DNA of 64,000 bases, from NCBI GenBank assembly GCA_002245135.1, contig NGBS01000874.1, positions 124,001 through 188,000 on the forward strand, given 5' to 3'. Below are positions 14,245 through 25,988 of the stretch, in pieces. Position 1 is the stretch's first letter, and each line of letters starts with the position of its first letter. The notes beneath the pieces are model-generated. The model saw only the letters and a list, made by a program, of their open reading frames with translations. It was not told where the DNA came from and did no database searches. The DNA is from Proteromonas lacertae. Lineage: Eukaryota. The position numbers and the translations under genes were made by a program.

Positions 14245-16468
14245 TTAAATAGTTGCATCGAATGTACCATACGCTGGATTTGTAGAGAATGACAAATTAG
14301 GAAGGACTGTAGTATTCTGCTTAACAGCTATTAAAAATAAATGTTGTAAGATTTAAAATAAATATACGAGAAACATTGACATTCAAAAAATCAGAAGTTT
14401 GCTTTTCAAAATTAATTGTTTCTTGACATATTTGTTTTAATTTACTAATTTTCTCTTTTTCCTCATCATACACATGTGAAATAGTGACAGGTTGAGATGA
14501 TATTTGTTCATACAACTCAGTGTTATTCTGTTTCAACTCATCTATTTCATGTTTGTATTTTTCAATTATTCTTTCTTGAGCATCTCTTTCAGATTTTAGT
14601 TCAATTATTTCCCTTTCCAATGCTTCAGCTCTTAGAGTTCCTTGATCAGCAATATTATATATAGATGTCTTCTATTATATTATAAATAAATAAATAAATA
14701 AAAATACTTCTTTATATGATTTTAATAGATTCTGTAAATGATATGATTGTGTTTGAGTCTTTGCCAAGTTTTCTTTCAATTCTTCCAATTCATTACTATT
14801 TTCATTCAGTTTAATATGTTGCTCTAAGTTATGTAAATATTGTAATGTTGTTTGATATTCTTTAATTGCATTTTCAGTAGCTTGATCATATGATATTAAC
14901 TTCTCTCTTAATTCATCTCTCTCTTGAGCACTGTAGTTTAAAGCATCTTTATATTTCTTCAACTCATCTTGAAGTCTACTTATTTCATTTTGATACTATA
15001 AAAAAAAATAATAATAATAATTACATACAATTTTCAGTTTCATTTGAAATTGATTTTGTGTTTTTGGATTTTCAATATCAAATTTGAAATTTTGTGAAGA
15101 TAGTGATATTTGTGACTGTAAATCTCTAATAATTCCTTCAAGTTTAGTTTTATCAATTGTTAATTGATTTAATCTATTTTGTAATTGATCAATATGTGCA
15201 ATATAATTCTTCCTTTCATCTCCTGGTAGTGGTTGTTTTGGTTTTTCATTATACATTTGTTGTATTTTCAAATAATCATTTTTTAGTTGATTATATTTAA
15301 TTCTGTTTTGTTCAATCATTGTTTCATATTGATCTACTTTATTTGATAATTCTTGAATTGTGTTTATATTATTTGGAATATTAACATTCTTTTGGTTGTA
15401 ATTCAGAAATAGCTCTATCTCTTCTATTGATTTTATCTTTTAATTCATTTATTTCTGTATTTAATTTAGCGATTGTTGAGTTTTTACTTTGTATATCATT
15501 AAATAGCTTTTCATTTTGTTTCTTCATCATATCATATTCTGGTGGTAATGGTAACATTCCACTTCTATATTGTGTTTCAAGCTAAAATATAAATAAAAAT
15601 ATAAATAATATAAATATATACTTGTTTATATTTTCTATTCAAATCATCATAACTTGATTTATATTTATTATTCTCATTATTCATTTCTCTTTTATCTTTT
15701 TCTAATAAATCAATTTGATTGGTTAATGATAATACTTTCTGTTCAGATATTTTGTATTTTGTTTGAATATCAAAATATTTATTATCCATATCTTGTTGGT
15801 GTTGATTTATTTCTTCATATTTTCTTTTGTATTTACTTTTATCTTGTTGTAATTGATTATTTTTATTTTGTAGATCGTTTATTTCATTATCTCTTTTTTC
15901 AATTTCATAATTATGATGACTAGTTGTGTGTTTTTCAGCTTCTAAATCACCTTTTAGTCTTGATATTTCATTGATTTTCTATTATCAATAAAACAGCAAT
16001 TAGAATATATATATATATACATCTCTTAACTCTGATTGTAGATCTGATATTGTAGAAGTCACTTGATGTTTGGATTTTGTATAATTGTCCAGTTCTTTCT
16101 GTAAGTTTTGAATTTCTGTTTTATATCTAATTACTTCTCTTGTATGATCACTTTTTATTCCTTCTATTTGTACTTTAATCTGTGATAATAAATCTTGTAA
16201 TTTTCGTATTTTTTCATCCTTTTCAGCTATTTTTTTCTTATATTCACTTATTTCTATAGCATTATTTTTTTCCTCTACAGCTTCTGTAATCCTCATAAAT
16301 AATTCTGCACGATCAGTATATACCTATAAGTACATTTATTCTATGTGATACTTGTTCAACTATTGGAGTTAGTCCTTCTAGTTTTTCACCCCAACCAGTT
16401 ATATCGCTATTATCAGGTAAAATCTATTTGATTGACAAATATATTTATACTTCAGATGTATTATTCAT
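14245..16468 (-). CDS. Long coiled-coil protein, multi-exon, function unknown
   Basis: E/K/Q-rich heptad ORF pieces (16000-16296, 15577-15789, 14996-15319, 14675-14962, 14321-14620) are separated by GTAT...TAG introns. ATG at 16468, TAA at 14245-14247. Confidence 0.7.
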
Positions 16469-16565
16469 TAACTGATTTTTATTTTGAAATAGCTTGATTC
16501 TGTCAAACCTTGGATTGGTTGATTTATAATCAATTTTCTAAGACTGTAAAACATAATAATTGAAG

Positions 16566-17796
16566 ATGTTATCACTTTCAAGAAGTATTTCTATATATCT
16601 ATAGTAACTCCATTAATAGGATCTATTCAATCAGCTAAATTATTAAAGATACAATGTGCTAAGTTTTCTACCCCAATTGGTCAAGCACTTGTGGAATCAG
16701 CAAAAAACTTACCATTTAGAAATGCAATAAAGACCTTCGAACAAGATTACAACCTAACACAAGACCAAACAATTGTATTACTTTATTATAACATGTATTG
16801 TAGGTGCAAGCAAAATCTTATGCAAATGGTATGTTCGATATGAAAGTCAGACCAAAAGATTCAACATTTTTATGGATGGATAATAGTCTTGAATCAATTA
16901 TTAGTGTTTATGGTTGTGCTATTGCTGGCGTTCATTGTCATCTTATAGATCCAAGTATTCGATATGCTTCTCAAATTGAGTATAATTATTCATGTCATTT
17001 ATCTATAATAGAAAACTGTTAAGTGAAGTAGAGCCAAAATCTATAGTTTTTTCACCAGAGTACAAAGGTGTAGATCGTACAGTCACTCTTGGCACTGTAA
17101 TTCCTGAATTAGCAGAAATAAGAAGATCAAATATGGTTGCACCATTAGATTTAATAAAATTCCCCAAATTACGTCATGTTATTACCACTTATCATGATAA
17201 ACCATTATATAGTAACATATTGAATTATAGATCAGCATTAACTTATCAAGCTTATCCCAGACTATGCTGATTTAGTATTACCACGTTTAGAAGAGAGATT
17301 TTCCATTATTAACATATCACTATGCTGATGAAAAAACAAATGAATTAAAAGTAAGTAAGACTTTCACTCAAAGTGAAGTTACAGATATAGTTAATGATGT
17401 AATTAAGAAATTGAATATTGAGACTGACCATAACCTTTGTCATGCTGCTACTACTGTATTATATTACTTATTTATGTATGTTTATTAGTGCACACCATTT
17501 GGAGTATTTGCTGCTTTTGCTTGTGCATTAACAAACTCATCTGTATATTTTTATTTTTTGTAATACAATAGTTTGGTATTGTTTCTACAGCTCCTTCTAT
17601 CAACAAAGTTATAAATTCACTTTCTGTTGTTCATTATGATGGATTGTTTATAGATGAACATATGTTGAAAAAGATCAATGAATGTGATCCACTTTTAGTT
17701 AAAGATTGTAAAGTTAAGTATGGAATGAACAATGGATCTAGCGACATGAAATTGAATGATATTACCATTCTAGGAGCTAATATTCCATTGAATTAA
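16566..17796 (+). CDS. Acyl-CoA synthetase (ACSF2-like) N-terminal-fold protein, ~361 aa, apparently non-catalytic, with putative mitochondrial/MRO targeting peptide
   Basis: Five introns (16585-16604, 16775-16803, 16980-17011, 17456-17488, 17543-17571) and two +1 frameshifts (~17257, ~17300) give one reading frame. AKSYANGMFDM..RPKD...LWMDNSLE, IPEL and KFPKLRHVI resemble the ACSF2 N-domain. N-terminus MLSLSRITPLIGSIQSAKLLK is basic/hydroxylated with no acidic residues. Confidence 0.7.
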
Positions 17797-17900
17797 AGCG
17801 CATTGTTATTAATTCTCATTATATCATTATATCATAGCATTGTATGTGTTGGTTGTTGAGAAAAATTAAAAATTATATATGTAACGACTATATTTTTGAA

Positions 17901-18631
17901 ATGTCAATTCCATCATCTGAAGAAATAAAAAAAGTAGATGAGTTAGGTTTAACATGCCAAAGAGTATATGAAGTATTTATATGAATATAGAGCAAAGAAA
18001 AATGGTTACAATGGATGAATTAGGTAAATTTTGGTATTCTATATGAATAGAAAAAGAATTTTTATCATTTGGAATACAAGAAAAATCTATTAATCACAAT
18101 AAAACACATTCATCAAGTATTTAAACAGATCTTACTTTTTCTTTTAAATAATAGCAAGTACTATCATCTCAGGGTGGTGGAAGCAGTGAAGATCCATTTA
18201 ACTTATCATCACTTGTTGACTCTTTAGAATCAAATCCGTTTGAATTGTCTGAACTAATGGCTGCATGTAATGAAATCAAAGAAAAAGCTGAATTAAATGG
18301 AACGACACCTATTTTAGAACAAGTATCCATAATTAATAATTGATTTTAGATATTAAATCTATATGAAGAAGCATATAATGGAGAAGGGGAAACAACTAAA
18401 CTGTCAATGACATTTATGAATAAATTAAAAGCAAAAAAGAGACGTAAGAGACTGAATCAAAAGAAAGAAAAACAACAATTAAGAGGATCAAATTATAGTG
18501 ACAAAATGAAAGCAAAAGTATGTTATTATCATTCTATGTATATCATATAGTTGGATAAAAAGAAACAAGAGAAGATAAAACAGAGGAGATGGAATGATTC
18601 AAAAGATTTAAAAAGTCTAATTAAACTATAG
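17901..18631 (+). CDS. Hypothetical protein with Lys/Arg-rich C-terminus, multi-exon
   Basis: Several short GT-AG introns link open exons ending ...KQRRWNDSKDLKSLIKL-TAG, followed by TGTTTGTT. Phase of the 5' exons is not fully resolved. Confidence 0.55.
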
Positions 18632-18640
18632 TTATTTTAT

Positions 18641-18648
18641 TGTTTGTT
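18641..18648 (+). promoter_or_regulatory. TGTTTGTT putative polyadenylation element
   Basis: Exact Blastocystis-type motif 9 nt after the stop of the 17901-18631 gene. TGTTTGT also follows four other genes in sense orientation. Confidence 0.55.
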
Positions 18649-18706
18649 TTATTTTATTCGTATGTATATATTATATAATGGATAACATAAATTGATAAAA
18701 AATAAT

Positions 18707-20776
18707 CTATATATTATTATTTTGATTAGATTCTCCTTCAACAGTACTTGATTCTTCCATCTATTGAATAAATATAATAAATATTTTAAATTTATACTAA
18801 TAATGAATTTGACATTGATAATACATCACTTGTTAATGTAGTGTTATTATCAATATTATCTTGTGTGTTAGATTCATTCACACTTTCATTTATTGTAGTC
18901 ATATTTGTAGTTGCTGTAGTTGTAATTGTAGCAGCAGTTGTTGTAGAAGTAGTAGTAGTAGTAGTTGTTGTTGTTGTAAAAGTCTCAGTCTTTAAATCTT
19001 GTGGTATATATTGATAATAACCATTCTCTTCTAAAGAAGCTATAAATTTATCCATTCTAAATAATGTTTGGTCTTTCAAGCCGAATAATTGATGATACCA
19101 ATAGGATATATAACCGAATGCAATTCTAATAGTTGTAGTACATAATGATTTATAGATAATTTCAGGTTTTAACCTCAAATTCCTAGGATTTGCTTCACTT
19201 ATCTTTATACTTGGATGACATAATGAATTAATTATATCAGTCAAATGATCCATTAATTTAGTAGTTAAATATGGTTGAATTGGTAAATAAGAACAATATC
19301 TAATCTCATTAAATGATGAAATCATATCATTAACCCATTGTGCTAGTATTGGATAACTAGCTAATATTTCAGGAACAGAATTACCATATTCTATAGTTGG
19401 TATAATTGTTGAGTTCAATAAAGGTGTACACCAAAGTGGAGGATCTTGTAAATTATGATGAAATGATAATAATGAAGTTTGCCACTGTATAAATATAAAT
19501 ATAAATATAAATAATATATATATATATATATATATACTGTATGATCAGTAATATCAATAATCCTTTGAGTAACAATTGGAACAAAATATGGTCTAATATC
19601 ACAACCAACTGAACTAAGATTACCTCCTAAATACATCAAAGTATCACATATTGAAGCTAATACACTACCTTCATTAATATTCTGAATTCTACTTTGTAAT
19701 GTGTTGATATATTGCTGAATATCTTTAAATAACCATGTTACAAATAATGGATCTAATGTAGTGGAATATAATGCTTCATAAAACTTGATAGTATCAAACC
19801 AATAATTCTATTTATTATATATATATATAGTATATTATACTCTTTTTAATTCAGTGTATTGAGTAATATATTGTGATGCACTTTCTGAATTTATATTCTT
19901 TAGAGCATTCTATTAATATATGTATATATATAAATATATTGATACTAAATGGTATTTTTGTCTTGCTTGTAAAAAGATATTCTTTAACTGTGTTTCTACA
20001 TCAATTGTATCTTTCTTATCAGTTTGAGGTAATAACTATATATACCTATAATATTTATAAATATACACTTATTAATCTTTTCAAGTTTTCCATTATCTTC
20101 ATGCACATTGGTATTTCTATTTCAGTTGATAATTGATTGATTAATTGATCTTTCATAGTTTCACCAGATGTAAATATTTCGTTTGTTATATCATCGATTA
20201 TCTTATTTGCACCAATATATTGCATTGATTGGATACGTGTAGTTGAAGTACTATCGAATTTATACCTACTATGTCTGATTAGTAAGGTATGCGCGAAATT
20301 AACTAGACTTAATGCCTCATCGTATAAACTACTTTTTAAACATGTATCCATTAATTGAGGTATTTCTAATAGATCTAATAATTGTGTATGACATTTCAAA
20401 GTTCTTCGGTTACGCTTCATTTCAAGTGATAAACAATCTAGTTTTCCATGAGATGTATTGCATATATCTGCTAGGTCGTTTAAGTTAGATTTGATTGAAT
20501 TCAATGAGGTAGTTATTCCAGATAACTAAAAAAAAGATTTTATGGAAAGTGAATACTTCTGTTTTCAAAGCATCTACACATTCATGATTTTGTATAAAAA
20601 TAGTATAATGAGATAAAGAGAGTTGATTAAGCTTTTGACCCACTTGTTCTGCTTCTTTTTGTAATCTCTCAGGTTCTTTTCTTAAAGCTTCAATGCCAAG
20701 AGACACTATATAATTATACAATTTCATATATACCCAAAAAGTCAATATCAGTATCCTCTGTATCTTCTACTGACAT
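18707..20776 (-). CDS. COG8: Conserved oligomeric Golgi complex subunit 8 (Dor1 family), multi-exon
   Basis: LRKEPERL..EAEQV...L..LSLSHY.IFI, LLDLLEIPQLMDTC....LYDEAL.L, MYLGGNLSSVGCDIR and LASYPILAQWVN....FNEIRYC match COG8/Dor1 blocks. Confidence 0.9.
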
Positions 20777-20850
20777 ATTTAAATATAATACTTGTATTAA
20801 TTTGTATTGAAAATGTATTATTCTTATTTCTATTTTTATAGTTGTATAAA

Positions 20851-21032
20851 ATGTGTCATAAGGTAACATGTCAAAAATGTGGTAAACCTACATGGGCTGG
20901 ATGTGGTAGGCATATAGAAACTGCTTTAGCTGGGGTATTTTCATTTATTAGTTTTATTTTAATTAGATTCCTGAAGCTGATAGATGCAAATGTCCAAGAG
21001 ATGAAGGTCAGGGTGGTTGTTTAATTGTGTAG
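20851..21032 (+). CDS. 49-aa Cys-rich, putative metal-binding protein with C-terminal CaaX box
   Basis: Exons 20851-20934 and 20967-21032 (32-nt intron) give MCHKVTCQKCGKPTWAGCGRHIETALAGIPEADRCKCPRDEGQGGCLIV*. Confidence 0.85.
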
Positions 21033-21125
21033 CTTATATTATACGAGAAATTTAGTTTTTTCATATTTGTGGGTTATGAAAATTTTAATGAAAAACTAGT
21101 TGTTGAGTTATTTTTAAAACAAAAA

Positions 21126-21900
21126 ATGAGTATATTAACAAACTATATGGGAAGATGTAACATTATTGATGATTGTGGCAGATATATACCTACATCTGTG
21201 TCTATTCCAAAAATTCATATAGTATAAAATTAACTTACGGTTTCTTTAGTTAAATGAGGAAATGCCAATATATGTTACGCAACTAAAGAGAGAACCAGAA
21301 ATACCATTTTTGCCTGATAATTTTGGAGAAGAACCAAAACTACCACTTCCGAAAGTATCTAGCCAACCGATACATCCTTGTAAAATAAATTCACATAATT
21401 CTGAAGTATATTATGTAGTGTTATTCGTTGCATAGGATTATATGGATATTAATCAACAAAATGAAGTAGACTATCAAAATAGTCAAGAAGAAGAAGTTCA
21501 ATATCAATATAAAGATAATGACAATGACAATCATGTAAAAGGTGGTGAATATGAATATGAACCAGTATATTATTTTTGAATATAAATCAAAAAGAGAGTA
21601 AAATTACATCCGATAGATTTATCTATAGAACAAATAGAGCAAACATTAAACCTATTAAGATCAAAGCAATTCGAATATGAAGAAAGAGTTCCGCCAAAAT
21701 GTTATCATAAAAGAATATATCATCAACATTTGGATTATGATAGTGAAGCAGAAGTTACACCAACTCAAGAAGAAATATTAGAAAAGACAAGAAAAGAGTT
21801 TTTGAGTGTATTAAGAGAACAACAAGTGGAAATGGAGAGGAATATGAAAAGAAAAAGAAGATTATTGAAGAAAAAAGAAAAGAAAAGAAAAAATGAATAA
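21126..21900 (+). CDS. Hypothetical protein, four exons, basic C-terminus
   Basis: ATG 21126, three ~28-30 nt GT-AG introns keep one open frame to TAA at 21898-21900. C-terminus KRKRRLLKKKEKKRKNE. Confidence 0.6.
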
Positions 21901-21986
21901 TTAGTATATAGCTGTAATGATTAATTTAATGTTTTGATTTATTTGTAATGGATTATTAAAAAATGATAAATAAAGATTATTATAGA

Positions 21987-23367
21987 TTATAGATTTTGTT
22001 CTATTAATTTAACCATCTCTCTAACTTCATATGTGTATGTATCTAAACCTTCACATAACAACCTTGGTAATAAATCACCATAGCAATTTGCTTCAATTAC
22101 ATATGGAATTCTAACAGCAAAATAACGTATATAATTAATATACTGTTCTTTTCTATCTATTAATACATCCCAACCAACATAAAAAGTATTACTAAAACAT
22201 TTACAAGATACTTTTTCAATAAATCCTTTTATTTCTTTCCACTTTTCTTCATTAATATGTTTATGAAATAAATCAAAATCACCTCTCGCATTTCCTAAAT
22301 GCAAATTGGTTATTGGACTATTACTACATCGTATTACATAATGAGTTAATTTCTATAAAATGAATATAAATATAAAAGATAAAATACATGATTAATAGTA
22401 ACCATTCTCAAATCATAGTTGGTTTTGTTATAAACATCTTTTTCATAATACTTTTCTACAATTCCTTCTTCATTAAATATATATTCAATCATTTCCCTTA
22501 TCACTTGATTATTTTCATAACGATTCATTTTCAGAGAATTATAACTAAACACAATTATATATAGATTAAATATACTATTTCACATCATGTGTTTCTTCAT
22601 CAACAATTCGATGTAATGGAGTATAAATTACTTGATGTGCTTCATCCTTTCGATACATATATATAGAAAACAAAAAAATATACTTGACGATGATAGAATA
22701 TAATTCCACATGCTGATGATCCATATTTTGGTTTAATTATTACTTTTTTAATTTTATTCTTTTCCATTAGGTCAATTAGCTGACTATAGTCACAATTTGT
22801 AGACAAAAGCACTTTTGTATTATTAAATCCATTTTCTGTTAGTAATTGATGAGTTTTTAGTTTATTTGTCATAGTCATAATATCATCAACATCATTCATA
22901 TAATAAATCTTTCTGTTTGTATTATCTAATTGACTTTTCCATTTTTTCAGTAGAGCATTGTATCCTACTATATATTGAACATCATATCCATAACCTATGT
23001 GATTATATATATATACCAAAACAATAAATATACTCCCAAAATCATTCAAGAAATTATTAATTCTTGTTTTGTTTGTAATGTGATGAGTATGATTCCATTC
23101 ATAATCTTGTATACTTCCATATTCAAGTATTGTTTTAGTAACACCTTGGTTTTCTCCAGGAGATTCAAACCTAAAAATAATTATATGTGGTTCTTCAATT
23201 CTTGAAATAATCGGTTCAAACGAAAACGATTGACTTAAAGCCTCAATATAAGAAATAGCTTCACAAACTCCTCTATCTTTTAAAATTGTTTTTACTCCAT
23301 CTTCAAACATGGTATATCTTCTATTTTCTGGATTACAAAGAACAATGAAATGATATTTTAATGACAT
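21987..23367 (-). CDS. ATP-grasp fold protein resembling the bacterial STM4014 family, intron-containing
   Basis: Motifs NPENRR, RFESPGEN, IKPKYGSSACG, YDLRMV, SPITNLHLGNARGD, YVGWDVL and IEANCYGDLLPRLL..GLDTY are spread over exons separated by short GT-AG introns. Confidence 0.8.
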
Positions 23368-24019
23368 GCTGATTAAATAAGAAGAAAAAGAGAAAAGAAA
23401 ATACACTATAAGAACTAAAATCTATTTTGCAAATAGGGATAGTATTCAAGGATCAGATCTTGTTTGCGATTTTCTCTTTTTAACACTTTTTCTTTTCAAT
23501 TTTTCATTATGTTAAAGAATGAATTGGAGGGAAAAATTTTCACAGTGTATTAAGAAACTATTCTACTTTTGAACAGGCTTTAAAAAAAGAAAAACTAATA
23601 TTTGTGATTTTTAAATTTACTTCAAAAATAACTAATAATCATATTAAAATAGAGATTAAGGCATAATAAATTGCATTAATGCATAAAATATAAAAAATAT
23701 TGACAATATGAAGAAACATTTCCAATTATATGCAATTTTTGTTTCTGTTTATCAATAATATACGTGCACAACTAATACACCAAGTTATATACAACTATGG
23801 ACTATCTAGCACAAATATCTACAATAGAAACATCTCACTCTAAGTATATGAAACATATAAATATATGAATAATTAATAACTATTATAAGTAGTATAATAC
23901 TTTTTTGATTTATAGTTCATAATAAATAATACATTTCACAATGCTAATTTTTAAATCTACAAATTATCTTATTTTACAGGTATGTATCATCTGTACATTT
24001 ACAGTTATATTATAATTAG

Positions 24020-24700
24020 TCCAATGCAATTATTGAAATGGAGAAAATTAATAGAAAATCAAGAAAAAAGAAATGAAAAAATGTCAAAATTTGCAACTTT
24101 ACATGGTAAATGTCATGCTTTCAATTATTTTATGAAATATGTAATTTATATTATATAGTATATTTTTTTTTCAATTGTGATAAATAATATTGTCAGTTGC
24201 TCCAGAATTAGTCATGTGTTTTGTTTGCATCAAATATAACAATTCGTTCAGTTTGAGCTACAATGAGACAATAACTATAAAGAGTAGTTAGTATTACCTT
24301 CAGAAAGAGATGTTTAACTGATTATAATAATGTGTGTATAGAATGGGAACTTCAATTCCAAAGAATGTTGCATCATCAATAAATATCACAAATGCAGTAA
24401 AATTAGTATATCCTACTAACGATGTTCCTAATATGATAAAATAAAATGAATATAAATACTAATCCAGTTGAAGATGAAATGGATGAAGGTAGTGAATTGA
24501 ATGGAATATCTCGTAAATTTATGCAGAGTTGTGTATTTCGAAATGGAGGCGTTTAAAAGAAATCAGCATTTAGAAATGGTATATATATATATCCACATTA
24601 GAATCTCAAAATAATCATGGTCTTAACGGAAGTAGAGCATCTCCATTGTTAGATATTAATATCTTTAGATATGAAATGTGATAAAATGAAGAAATAAATG
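24020..24700 (+). pseudogene. Possible decayed gene remnants (unidentified)
   Basis: Short protein-like stretches (LLKWRKLIENQEKRNEKMSK, NTNPVEDEMDEGSELNG) and intron-like GT...TAG segments are interrupted by in-frame stops. No coherent gene model. Confidence 0.25.
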
Positions 24701-25318
24701 ATATTTAAAACGTTTAAATGTGAATAATGAATATACAATGATTTTAACTTTGTGTATTATACTTTTATAATTTTTTTAAAATGGATTATATTTTAAAATG
24801 TATTTTAATCAATTAGTATTAATAACAACAACAACAATAATAATAATGCATAAATTAATTAATTATAGTTTTTCATATTCAACTAAATCGGATGTAAATA
24901 TATAGTACTCATTATCTTGTATGTATAAATTATTAAATATAATTGTTTTGTTTATATCTATGTTTATATTGATACTATTATTAAAATTTAAAATTTAAAA
25001 TTACTAAAATACATTTAATACTATTTACGAATGATTAATGTATTAGAGAAAATAACCAATGAAATCGTTTCATTTTAAAAATAATTTTAATCCTAATCCT
25101 ATAAGTAGTGGAAGGTATAAATATCTGAAATGAATTTTACGGTTTATAGAGAAGTTGATGTAATTCTAATAAGATTATGTAGAATAACAGGCTTGCAAAT
25201 TTACTGAGGTATATTAAGAAGAATTAAAGGCTGCAGATATAAAGATATGATGTATATATTAAACTATATCCCCTTGGGTTTCATTAAATGCGATTCTTTC
25301 TACTTTTATTTTTCATGA

Positions 25319-25988
25319 TGGATGATTAGTCATGTCACTGAAGCATTTGGTGCTAGTATGAGAGATACAGAAAATTCCTTAAAAAAGTCATGTATAGCGA
25401 AGGTGAGATAAGAGGATATGGTGAAGAGAATGAGTTGTTACTCACATCAGGAGAAGATGTTCGTTAAACGAAGAGTTGTGACAATACACTTTTATTCGGT
25501 ATGATTAGTGAAAACCCCTTGAGAAATTTAGAAACTCTCTTATTTAAGTTCTTCAAGATATGGATAAATTCACAGCTGATATGAAAGAAGCCTTAAAAGA
25601 TGTAGTAGATGTATTAGAATTGTCACATATGGATAGAAAATATGATCCAGAGGTGAACAAGATCAAAATGAATGATGAACAGAGATGTTAACTCATTTTC
25701 AAATCGTTTAGATAGAATGGGAATAGAAATACCAGAAAGTGCCAAGATTGTTTTATTACAAGAAGAGAAGTTTAAGAGTTATTACACTGATTTAATTTAT
25801 ACATTGAAAGAATATGAAAAGAAGATTAACGAGGAGAAAAAAACTCTGGATTTGATCACATGATGTTTATATGTATCTATATTCATTGATGTCCATGTTA
25901 ATGTAACCATACCAGGTTTTAACTTATAATCAATATCAGCAATATGAGATTTCAATAATATAGCTGTGATTGGTATAATTCTATTAAA
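25319..25988. pseudogene. Fragmented relic of an outer-arm gamma-type (DNAH5/8-like) dynein heavy chain N-terminal region, last fragment inverted
   Basis: Plus strand: WMISHVTEAFG, ELLLTSGEDVR, CDNTLLFGMISENPLRNLETLL, MDKFTADMKEALKDVVDVLEL, RLDRMGIEIPESAKIVLLQEEKFKSYYTDLIYTLKEYEK. Minus strand (~25850-25988): RIIPITAILLKSHIADIDYKLKPGMVTLTWTSMNIDTYKHHV. Confidence 0.75.
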
